From Amoebidium appalachense (Eukaryota; Protista; Ichthyosporea), in assembly GCA_963693365.1 (NCBI GenBank), contig CAVNZM010000013.1, forward strand, positions 6,605,785 through 6,669,784: a stretch of DNA of 64,000 nt, in the 5' to 3' direction. Both the position numbers and the translations under genes were made by a program. Of the stretch, positions 20,093 through 32,663 are shown one piece after another. The notes beneath the pieces are model-generated. The model searched no databases. It was not told the DNA's origin and saw only the letters and a program-made list of their open reading frames with translations. The number at the start of each line of letters is the position of its first letter. Positions within the stretch are counted from its first letter, which is position 1.

Positions 20093-21525
20093 TCGAGCCC
20101 CGGGCCGGGGAGTCCCCCCTCCTCCCTTGAAGTCTCCTCCCAGTCTTTTTTTTTTTTTTTTTATCCCGTTTCACTCCCGGACTCCGAGGCACTGCCTATT
20201 GGGGAGCTAATGTAAAAGCCTTCCACTGTGACAGTAGACACCGGTAACCGTTGTGCTCTCTACATAGTGCAACTATAAGTCAGGATACGTAATCCCGACT
20301 GTCACTACATATTCTGGCAATTCTTACTCCCACGGGGTCACGGCCGCAGTCACGCTATAGCTAGTGGGGATAATCATTGAGCAAACTCACTTCAACCAAC
20401 ACCTAGTAGCCAGGAGTGACTCCTGGGGAAAAATAAAAGGATATTATTAAGCAAGAATAAGTGACACTGTCTCAGCGAAAGTTAAAAGCAATACAAGAAG
20501 GCAAATTAAACAGTGTGTTCGTGCTGCTCTGCATGGTGGGAAAGAAAGAAAGAAGAGCTGCAGTGTGTTTGTGCTGTCCGGCATCGTAGAGGACACTATG
20601 ACTACACACTAGAACAGGGTGTTGGTGCTGCCCTCGGCATGGTAGAAAACTATAGCAGGGTGTTGGTGCTGCCCGGCATGGTAGAAAACTAGAGCAGGGT
20701 GTTGGTGCGGCTCGGCATGGTAGAAAACTAAAGCAGGGTGTTGGTGCTGCTCGGCATGGTAGAAAACTAGAGCAGGGTGTTGGTGCTGCTCGGCAGGGTA
20801 GAAAACTAGAGCAGGGTGTTCAAGTTGGTGCTGCTCGGCATGGCAGAAAACTAGAGCAGGGTGTTGCCAGTGGTGCTGCTCGGCATGGCAGAGGACACTT
20901 AGTAGCAGGGTGTTGGCGGGTGCTGCTCGCCATGGTGGAAGAAGGCAGCATGAAGTTCCCATTACTGTTATGTTTTTTTTTGAGTTTTAATTTGACGTTA
21001 TAGTTTAGTTTCGTTTTTCCTGGAAAAAGTGCCCAATGGCATGTCGCAAAGCTATTAACTTGTGTTGTACTAGTCGTAACGGCAACGGCTCAAAAAACGC
21101 CATGTTGCCAGCGTTTGGCTCTATGCGGAGATGTGCATGCCGCCCCTTGTGCGTAAATGTGGTGGAGTGTGGATGCAGCGGCGCACGGCCGTTGACAAAC
21201 ACGTGTCGTGTTTTGTGCCTGGTCGCGATGGCCATGTGCGTTGTTAAAAATTTAAGAGAATAGGAATGTGCAAAATGCTAATCTTGATTGGTTTCATTTT
21301 ATCTGATGAGCCCGGAGTGGCGATCTTATTGGATAGTTAACTGCTATTCTTAAGGAATCACATACTGCCGCTTATTCACCGATCACATGTGGTTTTGATG
21401 TGATCGGGAGCCCGACATGGCGCGTGTACTGAAGTCTCCACCCAGTCACCCTGACTTGACTTGACTCAAGTCAGGAGCTTTCGTGACTTCAAGTCGCGAC
21501 TCGGAGTCAAGTCGCCACATTCCTG
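19688..21525. mobile_element. Non-autonomous hAT-like DNA transposon
   Basis: Exact 8-bp TSD TCTGATAA (19680-19687, 21526-21533). Imperfect TIRs CAGGGGTGTGGCG / CAGGAATGTGGCG (11/13 match). Subterminal GACTT/AAGTC arrays and AGTCGCGACT palindromes at both ends. No transposase ORF. An 8-bp TSD with CAG-starting TIRs is typical of hAT. Confidence 0.85.
20609..20935. repeat. 39-bp minisatellite inside the hAT-like element
   Basis: About 8 copies of TAGAGCAGGGTGTTGGTGCTGCTCGGCATGGTAGAAAAC and variants. Confidence 0.9.
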
Positions 21526-24104
21526 TCTGATAAGCCTTGATTACATTTCCTGGTCCAATTAAAACGCAAAATGAAGTTGATTGGGTAAAGAACGTTCAAA
21601 ATACGCCAATCATCGGCCCGTTATATTTTTTTTGCATTTGCATTTTGCAATGTACAGTTACGCAGCTCTTACGCTGACTAAAAATAAACACCACCAAAAG
21701 TAGAGGGAAAGATAACCCCTAAGTAATACTAGTAGCCGATACATAGGTATACCCACATATAGCTGTTTTTTGTTGGCAAGCATGATTTCCTCTCGAATAT
21801 GAGCTTGGGCGGCACGGCATGTTCGGGGGTCCACCTTTATATGGCGCCAGCTACGCATTGCATCGCACAAAGTGCACGCACAGCAAGTCGGCAACGCCTG
21901 TTGTGCGTGGGTAGACAAGACTATCGCCCTTTATTGACGTCATTAGTCTAATCAGGGGTGATGCTGAGTTTGCCGAATTGATCTAAATAGGCATTCATTG
22001 TTGAGCGATAACGCCGGTAATGAGGGGAAAATAAAAAAAAGTCAACCATCCTATAAAAAAGCAGACAACCAAAAAAAAGAACCAACATAGAGGATTAGAA
22101 GATTTTTATTGGGAGTCTTACTACAGACTGAAATGCCAAGTTTGAACTTCTTGAACTTCTTGAAGTCAAGGTGGCAGCTGTACATAGCAACATAGCAGCT
22201 TCTGTGTACATATGCGAGGGACGCGCTAATACAAAGGCTGTAGACTAAACATGCGAGGCCTGGGTTTCATTGGCTTCGAGGATTCCCTCAATTTCTCAAA
22301 ACACGGTGACCAACCCAAGCAAGAGACAGTAACCCGTGTAGCCCAAGCCTTCGAACGGTGCGGACTCTCGCGTTTGCCAGACTCGGGGAGACACGCATTC
22401 CCACAGACCTCGCCCACCTTGCTCCTGCCACTGCGTTCCTTTCTTTTTAGTAAGTCTGCAGGCCCACAGGTCACATATAGGTTAAAGGCACAGCTCTAAC
22501 AGCGACGTCAGTGATCACCCGGGACTTCCCTGAGTTGCAATTGAACTGCTAACATGGGTGACGTGACGACTTCCAGTGCCGCCCTCCGGCCTGCCCAGAC
22601 TGGTGACGCGGACAGGCCAACGCAGAAGTGAGTGAATAGCTGCAAAGTCCCTCCCTTCAAAAGCCTCCCCCCTCCCACCTCCCCACGCCCCTCGGGCCCA
22701 CCTAATGATCACCACCATAGTAATTCTCACCCCGGTTTGTCCTTCTTCCCGTATTGAGCTAGTCTGTCAGTTGTGGTGATTCACAGACTTTTCGTAGCAG
22801 CTCCGGTAGCAGCTCAGTAAGCCTTTGTGCGGCTTGTGCTGTTATTTCAGTTGGAATGAGTAAAGCGAACGATGCTTTCGCAACTTGTGTTTGGACGTTA
22901 TAACCATGCCTGAGTGTGCCGAGCAGTGAATCCGCTGACGGTTGATCAGTTGACCAATTCAATCTACTGCCAAGTTCAACGCTTGGTGTCACAAGTTATG
23001 AGAGCCGGAAGAGCGCTGGATAACGAGTGGCTTTTGAGTCTGGTTTCTGCAGCGGGCTACTTAGTTCGACATTCTCCTGTGAGTCAATAAGTTATTCCCT
23101 CGTAAGCGCCCAAGTTATAAGTTAGGGGCTCATAGTGGGTGTGACCACGTCATGAAGCTGCCCGGTCAAGCTGATGACAGGCGCGAATCTCACTTCAGCC
23201 GGTGCTATTTGATAGTTATTCCACTAAGATCCAGATCCTGTAAACTGTTACAAGTTTAACACGTGAGAAAGCTCGTGTTTTTCAGACCAGCTTGTCGTGC
23301 CAGTGGCAATCTATGCACATCGCCGTTTCTTTTTTCCATTTTTCCATCGTGATGTGTGTCCAACATGGCCGCAGCTGTCAAGCCTAATGGGTCAAATTTT
23401 TGCTGTCGAATCTGGCCGCCAGTTACGGTGCTCCAATAAAATAACACAATAGAGTCTCCCCACCTTTACCTTTCAATGTTGCAATTGTGCCGGTGCTAGC
23501 TGTTAACGTGACGTGACGTGTGTACATAGATGCAGTCTCCCAGTGTCGCACATAGGAACATCTTATTATACTGAGATACCTTTATTGCCTCACCCCCGTT
23601 CTACACGACTAAGCATGTATACGTAGGTAGGCCGTGGCACCCTGCACTCGGTCCGGCTACGACCTGCATGGGGTTGAAAAAAAAATATCCGCGCCGGAGG
23701 GCACGAAGACCGGCAGTCGTGATTTTGTCACTTTATCCTAAAAGGGTTATCGTATAAGCCATCTGATTGGGACATAGTTGTTGGCGGGAATTTTGTGAGC
23801 CACGTGCAGCAGATTGGTACGTGCGATTGATGAGGAGAACTGCGCAGTGGCCGACGACTTGCAACGCTGCAACGTAGGCTCTCGGAGGCTCCTCCGTCGT
23901 GTGTTCGTGCCACAGTGTGCCTGAATTCGTGTATCAAACATTATTATCGACGTAGAAACCTTACCGTTTAGTAGGGCTACCGTTGCAGTGGTATGGTTGT
24001 TATTTATCAGCATAGAGAAGTGGCCTTGAGAGGCTCTACAAGGGTGACTTACACTGAACCTTTACTGTAACGGAGTTAGATGCTTGCAAGTGCACGAGAG
24101 TGAC

Positions 24105-24285
24105 CGATATCCTGAGGTATACCGACCCCACAACCAGCCTAGGAGGGAAAAAAAACGTCCCCATTCTACCCATCATCGAGTCACTTCACTTCACATCTGG
24201 GCAGATACCCGACGATGGGTAGAATGGGGACGTTTTTTTTCTTCCTCCTAGGCTGGTTGTGGGGTCGGTATACCTCAGGATATCG
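24105..24285. repeat. Long inverted repeat, about 75-bp arms with 31-nt spacer
   Basis: 24105-24178 is the near-perfect reverse complement of 24210-24285. Confidence 0.92.
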
Positions 24286-24808
24286 ATACCCGACAAGACT
24301 GTCCCTTTGTGCTGCTTCCAGAGTTTGTTACTTGTAACCGATTATGAGCTTATGATCATGCGTCATGGATTGCTTTGCAAACTGTGGCACGCACTCTGTA
24401 TGAAAGGCCGACTTCATTGTGCCCACCTTGTGTTTTCACGGTTCCTGCTCCTGCCACCTTGAAAAACACCGACACCTGCCCCGAAGTGCATGTTGCATGG
24501 CACTCCGTCCAGGTGTCTCTCCTCTCAGTCTCCCCCCCCCCTCCCCCCCCCCCCCACTGGTGACCCCCCCCCCCCTGGGCCCTCCCCTGGGGCGGCCTCT
24601 TTCGAGGCTAACAGTTTGTCATCAGTGACACCGGTGTCCGATTTTTCCCAGCTCGCATTGGTGAGTAGTACTAGTCACGATGCCGATGGCTCCTCCAATA
24701 CTAACCATGCTTGGTTTTTTCCTTCCACCTTTCCCCGTCGGTTCAAATCCCGGTAGTCACGGTACCCCCCCCCCCCCCCCCCCCCCCTCCCCCCTTCCAA
24801 ACATACAG

Positions 24809-26504
24809 GGATGTTGAGTCCGTCCTGGCGGAGCAGCAAAGACTGGAGGAGGCTCTGCAGAGGGTGCAGGCAGAGAATGGTCGGCTGGCCGCACTGGTGC
24901 AGGACTTGGCCCCACGCTACGAGGTGGGTGGGTGGGAGGGGGGGGCGGGGGGGTGGGTGGGTGAGGGGGGGGGGGGGGGGAGAGTGAGTGTGAGGGGGGG
25001 GAGGGGGTGTGGGTGGGTGAGGGGGGAAGGGGAGTGGGTGGGTGGGGAGAGGGGAGAGTGGGTGTGTGTGGGGGGGAGAGTGGGTGGGGGTGTGGGGGAG
25101 AGTGGGAGGGTGGGAGGAGGAGGAGGGGTTGGTCACGGTGTTGGTGTGGGTGGTGTGTGGAAGGGGGAGGGGGGGGGGGGGGGGGAGGGGGGGGGGGGAG
25201 AGGGGGGGCGGGGGGGGGGGGGGGGTGAGTGGGTGGTGCCGGGTCACCGTGTGTCTTTCTTGCTGCGTGCTGCATCATTGCCAAGTGTGTGTGTGTGTGG
25301 GGGGGAGGGGGGGGGGGGGGGGGAGCAGCGGTAGTATGCAGTGTCCTCACTATCATGAATAAAGAACGGACACAGATAATGTGTGTGTGTGTGTGTTGCA
25401 CAGGTGTGTACGTGTGTGTGTGCTGGAGATAAGTGGCTCGGTAGCCAGGGGTCTAAAGTGTGTGCAGCCAAGCATGCCTCTACGGGTCCATTACAGTGTT
25501 GCGCCTAACTTAGTTGTTTGTTTTCGGCTTTAGTGAACGTTTTCCTGTGTTTTGGCCTTCCGTGAACACTTTCCACTCTGTAACACATACATCACCCCCC
25601 TCCCCTCTCTTCCCTCTCCCTCTTCTTCCTTCCTCGCCCTCCGCCCTCCCACCCGTTCTCTCTCTCTTCTTTCCCTCCCCCCCCCCCCCCCCCCCCCCCT
25701 CCCCACCCACACACCCACACACACACACCTTTGTTCAGGGCACTGCCGGGCGTCAGAATGACCTCCAGACACGGCTTGCCGCTGTGGAGGCAGAACTGCG
25801 GCTGAAGAAAAACTCTGTGCCTACTCCCGAGGATATGTCGGTATGTTTTCTGCCAAAGACCCCCCCACTATTAGGATATGTCGGTATGTTTTCTGCCAAA
25901 GACCCCCCCCCCCCCCCCACTGAGTTAGACTATGTCACGCGTGTGTCAACTTTAGAACCAACCTCCCCCTGGTCCCTCCCTCACCATGAGAAGATGTCTT
26001 ATGTTTTCCACTACCCCCTCCCCCCGCCCTTTCTCCGGCCCGCCCTCCACTACCACCACCACCGCCGACGCCACAACTATTGAATCCCCTCAGGTGTCTA
26101 CATGGCATAGCTTGATGGGGGGGGGGGGGGGGGGGGAGGGATAGGTGCAGAGGTGTAAAATATATTAATGATTAGATTGAAATTGATCGTGGGTCGCACG
26201 TACATTTCTCTGCATCTCGTGATTATGGTGGTCGGGCTTTGTCGCCAGAGTCTAAGCCCCGACCTCCTACAGATGGCTATTCCCTGCAACGACCAATCGA
26301 ACGGAGACAGCCAGACCGAAGACAATGGGTCAACAGCAGCCCGTGATCTGGAGGTATGCGATAAAATCAAACCGGCTCTTTTACTAGGTTTTCAAGTAAA
26401 GGCATGCCGTATGCCTTCTATATATTCACAGTATATTACTAACCGGCAAGGGAAGAGACACTCTGTGTGTGTGCTGAGGCCTGCGCAGGGTTTTTTTTTT
26501 TTTT

Positions 26505-26546
<42 letters not shown>

Positions 26547-27878
26547 ACGGGTGTGGGTGTGCGCCAAACAGGGCGTGTTTACTGATGCGTGTGTATTGGG
26601 GATCTGCGAGGGGGATGGCGGAGGGTGAGAGGGGGGGGGGGGGGGAGGAAGAGGAGGGCGCTATTGAGGCTGTGGCAATATGCCGAATTCACTACCATCA
26701 TATCCACTGGTGGCACCCAAAGATAAAAATACTATCCCCCCCGCGCGCGCCTCAACACACACACAACGTGTCTCTTCCCTTGCAGATTCGCCGGACTATA
26801 ACACAATCACTCACACACACTCACAGGGGCCGGGGCGTGCTTTCGTCATCACCCTCATCGTGCTCGAAGTCATCACCCTCGCATTCTACGCGGGAATGGT
26901 TACCATGGTTAAAGACGACGAATCAGGAGCCGCGGGAATTTCACGCTACACGTGGTTCCAGAATGTGCACGTGATGATCTTTGTCGGTTTTGGATTTTTG
27001 ATGACGTTTTTGCGCAAATACGCTCTGAGCGCTGTCTCCGTCAACATGCTATTGGCTGCCCTGTGCCTGCAGCTGCACCTTCCTATTAAGGCTATTTTCG
27101 AGGCCATGTTCTTTGGACGTAAGTGGTCGCACCTTCCTATTAAGGCTATTTACGACACGATGTTCATTGGACGAAAGCGGCAAAACTTTCCTGTTAAGGC
27201 TATTTTGAGGCAATGGTCTTTGGAAGGCTCTTTTGCGATGTAGTCACGTTCTTTTGATCCAAGCGGTTGCACCTTCCCATTAAGGCTGTTTATGACGCTA
27301 TTTCTTTGGACGTAAGTAGTTGGTGGTGGTTTGGTTTTTTGTTGGTGAGTGCCCTTACCGTGTGGGTGTTCGGATGTGCGCCTGTCCCCAGCTCCTAACA
27401 TATAAACCAACCCCCCCCATCCCCACCCCCACCCCCTCGGGTACCCCCCACACACATACGTACATGTACACACAAGTGCGGGTACACACACACACACACA
27501 CACGCACGCACACACACATATACACACAACACACACCTTCATACGGTACACGTGCAGACGGTCTTCACGCTGAACTCGACATGAAGGCGCTGATCCAGGG
27601 GGACTTTTGCGCCGGTTCGATCCTAATTTCCTTCGGTGCAGTGATTGGAAAAACCTCCCCTCTGCAAATGGTTATCCTGTCCATGTTGGAGGTGATTGGA
27701 TATACCCTGAACGAGGTTATCTCTGAAAAGTTGGTGATTGTTGACGACGGTGGGTCTATGGTGATCCACCTCTATGGCGCTGTGTTTGGCCTGGCGGCTT
27801 CTTACGTTATGTCGTCGAAGGATGCAAAGGTGAGATATTCTGGTTTTGGCCCTCTTTTTTGTGATCAGACGGGCGGGG

Positions 27879-27914
<36 letters not shown>

Positions 27915-28140
27915 CACCTTCCTGCTAACAAAAAGGGGAACCGGCTAGATGGGGGGGAGGGGAGGGGGGGGGGAAGTAGGATTTATTGGAGAAGGGGGGA
28001 GGTGGGAAGGCAGTTTGGTGACATCGCGTGGTTTACCATAAAAGAGAAGGGTTCAATTTGGTTCTGCGTAAACTCTTGCGTGTTGGCCCACAGCCACATA
28101 CACCCACACATACTCACCTACCATCCACACACATGCTTGT

Positions 28141-28182
<42 letters not shown>

Positions 28183-28315
28183 ACACAGGCGAGTCCCAAT
28201 GAGGGCTCAGCGTATGCCAACGACATCTTCAGCATGATCGGCACCATCTTCCTGTGGATGTACTGGCCCAGCTTCAATGGTGCCCTGGTCGCTTCGTAAG
28301 ATCCCCCCCCGCCCC

Positions 28316-28354
<39 letters not shown>

Positions 28355-28907
28355 CACACACACATACACACAAGGAGAAGAAGAAGAAGAAGACGATGAT
28401 GATGAAAAAGTAAAAAAAAAGAAAGAGAAAACTGAAAAGACCCACATCCCACTTGGTATTTTCGTTGCCCCGCTCCCTCCCACCTTCCCTCTCATCTTTA
28501 GCCCCTATGGATAGCCTACCAACAAAGATTCCTAAAAATGTGTCCTGCAAATGTGGCATACCTATTTTTTTATTTTATTTTGTTGGCTCCGATGTGGATG
28601 ACTTTTGCTTTTGGTTTTTTTTTTTTTTTTTTTGGGTGGGGGGGGGGGGGGGGGGGGGGTTCTTGTGCAATTTGGAGCAACACGTGTGTATCAAATTTTC
28701 CCCTTCGGAAGGTGCCCCCCCCCAACCCCCCTCCCTCCCCCTCCTCCCCCCCCTCCCCCCCCCCCCCCCCCGGCCCTTCCCCCTCTTAGGCGTGGGTGAC
28801 ATCGGCCTCCCCTGAGGATAGGCTCTGCTACCATGCATACTCCGTGTTGTTTGCACTCTGTATTGTGTAGTCCGTCATGAATGTGTACTTCGTTCTCAAT
28901 AACACAT

Positions 28908-28938
<31 letters not shown>

Positions 28939-29654
28939 TCCCCCTCTCTCCCCCTCCCCGGTGGAATGGATGACTTGAGCCCCGTTTGAGAATGGTCTCT
29001 AGCATGATTGTTTTTTTTTTTGTGTGCGCCCTCTTTATGCAAAGTCTACAATCTTTTGACAGTCATGAAGGTGTACCCCCCACACATTCTAACAACCCCC
29101 CTCCCCCCCCTCCCCCCCCCCCCCCCCCCCCCCCCCCCACCCCACCCACCCCTTCCTCCCTGCAGTCCGGCCCAGCAGAGCAACGCAGCCGCGCTTACCC
29201 TCGTGTCCCTCACGGCCTCATGTGTCACCACGTTTGCCCTGTCTTCCCTTTTGCGCAAAAGACTCTCCATGGTCGATATCCAAAATGCAACCCTGGCTGG
29301 GGGTGTGGGGATTGGGTCGATCTGCGCTGTGATTGGCTTGCCGGCTTACGTGGCTGTGATTGTGGGATGCGGAACTGGTGCTGTGAGCACTTTTGGCTTC
29401 TCGAGACTGCAGGTGAGAGTGGGGATGGTGCGGGGTGATGTGTGTGTGATCTTGTCGTACGTGGGTTTTGCCTGGTTTTTTGTTCTCTGGATTTTTTTGT
29501 GCATGTGTTTGTATGGGCTGGGGTGTGTTTGGGATACTTGGATTGGGGGGTGCAAAGGTAAGGGGTTGGGTGATGAGGTGTGTGGATGTGGTTGGTGGGT
29601 GGACGAAAGGGGAGGTATTTAAATGTTTCAGTGAGTGGATGGGTGGTTGGGTAG

Positions 29655-29690
<36 letters not shown>

Positions 29691-29938
29691 ATGTTAGCGT
29701 CGATAAATGTGCAGAGATAGCAGTTGGTACTGGTACTGTTGTTGTTGGTGGGGCATGGGTAGGTCGTATGGTTGGGTGGTTGGGGGGGGGGGGGGGGGGG
29801 GGGGGGGTATTGTGTGATTTGGTGTGTGTGTGTGTGTGTCTTTGAGTTAACGCAACACAGCTACACACAAGCATTGCCTTTGGCTGCTTTTACTTCCAGG
29901 AGACTAACCTATCCACTTCCACCTGTTTATATCATTAT

Positions 29939-30009
<71 letters not shown>

Positions 30010-30288
30010 CGCTTCCTTCTCAACCGTGTCGGCCTACACGACAGCTGCGGGGTTCTCAATCTTCACGGTATGCCCGGTCTGGTGGGAGGTATTGCAAGTG
30101 TGTTTGCTGTCGGATTTTTGGGTTCCGATGGGGCAAAAGGCGCTGGAATGCAGGTGGCATTTATCGTTATTACCTTTTTTAGCAGTTTGGTTTGGGGTGC
30201 CGTGTGCGGGCTTGTGGCAAAAATGGCCGTTTGGAACCCGACAAGGAAGAGTTTCTTCGATGATGAGCTGTACATTCACCTCGATTAG
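24809..30288 (+). CDS. Rhesus (Rh)-type ammonium/ammonia transporter with N-terminal coiled-coil extension; 5' start unresolved
   Basis: Phase-compatible exons 24809-24923, 25739-25840, 26273-26353, 26827-27118, 27558-27829, 28189-28295, 29166-29412, 30010-30288. Rh signature motifs [79 protein letters not shown] and [14 protein letters not shown] (twin His retained). Confidence 0.93.
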
Positions 30289-31368
30289 ATATGGCTTGGA
30301 CGTGATATGTTCATGTTAGGTGCTGTGGTTTGGATGTGCTCAGATTGTATGTGATATTTTAGGTGCTGGTGTGGATATTCTTAGATGTGACCTGGAAATG
30401 ATATATAGGTTAGTTGCTGTGGTTTGGATATGTTTAGGTATGACTCGGACGTGATCTGTTGTGTGCTGTGGTCTGGATAATCTTGAAGTTGCATTAATAC
30501 TGGACGTGATGCGGAAGAGCTGCATTGTATGCTGCTGATCGAAAATTTGGAAGAAGATATACTTGATTTTCTTAGAATTGTAGTGATTGGATATAATTGC
30601 ACAGGGATATACACAATGCCCTGATATTCAAAAGTGGAAGATTGCGATTTCTTTAGATCTAGAATGATCGAAATGGAGAGCTGAATGTACATATCTATGT
30701 GTAACTACTACACAAAGAATATGTGCAGAATGGGTCTGTAATAAAGCTCGTGCACTGTCATGCCTTGGTATAACAATGTGTTAGAATGCCCAAATACACG
30801 TGCATGAAGCTAGCCACACGAGATCTAGAGAGAAACAACAAAAGCAGTGATGATTTTCACCAATAACACGCTCCACTGGTACACATGTATGCAGATGTTC
30901 AAGGCCCAAAGCTTTTTTTTCGTTTTTTCGACCTGTGCAGGAGCATATGAGCACGTGGGGAAAGCTGCATGGTTGCGTAGTTACAAGGCCTCGTTTGATC
31001 TAAACTTACACAAGACTAGGAGGCCAGCTTGGTGGCAGCACAAGGTGGTTACGCGAATCCCTCGCTGGAACGAGTTACAAGACATTTGCTCAGTATGTAT
31101 TGCTCACACACATGTGCACGCACGGCAGGGGAGAGCCTCGGAGCTCGAGGGGGGAGGGGAGGGGGGCCGGGGGGGGGGGGGGGGATTGGGCAGGGAGCGA
31201 GAGAGAGAGAGAGAGAGAGCCTGAGAGAGAGAGAGAGAGAAAGTGTGTGTGTGTGTGTTTTTCTGTGTGTATGTGTGTATGTGTGTGTGTGGGGGGGGGG
31301 GGGGGGGGAGGGGGGAGGGGGGAAAGAAAAGTTGAGTGAGAGAAAGAGACCGCGAAGACGTACACACG

Positions 31369-31454
<86 letters not shown>

Positions 31455-32111
31455 ACACATACACGCGCACACATGGACGTCACCCACCCACACACACATG
31501 CACACGCACACGCACACGCAACCACATACACATGCACACACGTACACGTACACGCAACAACATACATGCACACGCACACGCACACGCACACGCATAACGG
31601 ATCCATGATGACACGCACACGCAACCGCATACATGTACACACACAGACACACACGCACATGTATGCACACTGCACACCGCACATGCACAGGCACAGGTGT
31701 GTTGGTGTTCCTTTGGCTGTGCGTGCAAATAGTTGTGCTTGCGAAATTGAAGGCAAAAAGGCAAAAAGCAAGTGCAAAAGTCGACCATCGATCCAATGAA
31801 GTAAAAAAGAGAAGAAAGCCAAAAAAAAATCCGGAAAAAACCAGACAAATTCTGAACGTGGCCATGGAACGACGTCGTCACTTAGCCAGAGGGGATGCGG
31901 CTTTGTGGTACCAGTGGTGGACGGTTTGAGAGGTGATGGGACAGGGGAAGAGAGAGAAAGATGAAGAGAGGGGGGTTGAAGAGGGGGGTAGCCTGGAGGA
32001 GGGAGAAAAAGAGTGAGGGATGGCAGGAGGGAGGGGGAGAGAGTGTGTGGGAGAGGGAGGGAGGATCGGAGGGAGAAGGGGGGGGGGGGGGGGGGGGGGG
32101 GAGGGGGGGGG

Positions 32112-32175
<64 letters not shown>

Positions 32176-32235
32176 TAAAGAGCTTCTGAGAAAGAGAAGT
32201 GGGGCAGGGGAGGGGGAGTAAGGGGGGAGGGGGGA

Positions 32236-32276
<41 letters not shown>

Positions 32277-32663
32277 CAGGGGGCCTGCAACGGTGGTCGT
32301 CACAAACACTGTTTTTGTTTTATACAATTTATTCGAAAAAAGCTGGCATTCGCATAATACACACTGCCTTGTTCTGACAGCTATTTCAGAAAAATAAGCT
32401 CCATACGCATATAAATCCTCCTCTGTGTAACAAAGTTTCCGAAGCACAAGCCTTCGGATATGAAACAATACTCGATGTACATTAATATACGTAGCCATTG
32501 CACATCTTTGTAGACAAACACTGCTCAAATTCCCACCTGTCTTTCACCCTCCAACTATTAAACACCTGAGAATGCCACAGGCATCAAACAACTTGGAAGA
32601 AGAAAATTTCGGGCAGAAATGAGGAACATTTACATCACGCCACATCACCAGGCCGTCACAAAT

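Noticed and set aside
20609-20962. His-rich repeat protein or CRISPR-like array
   Set aside because: Head-to-tail 39-bp units with no unique spacers; the open frame follows from a unit length divisible by 3.
22759-22992. 77-aa minus-strand ORF as a terminal exon
   Set aside because: No in-frame acceptor or ATG and no recognisable motif.
21302-23195. Hammerhead ribozyme cores (CTGATGA at about 21303 and 23171)
   Set aside because: No correctly placed GAAA or stems I-III found by eye.
26786-26826. TTGCAG at 26785 as the Rh acceptor
   Set aside because: Phase-incompatible with the upstream phase-0 donor; CACAG at 26826 fits.
31633-32528. Lys-rich ORF (31633-31929) and minus-strand ORF (32175-32528)
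   Set aside because: No consistent splice structure or domain; probably intergenic or 3' UTR.
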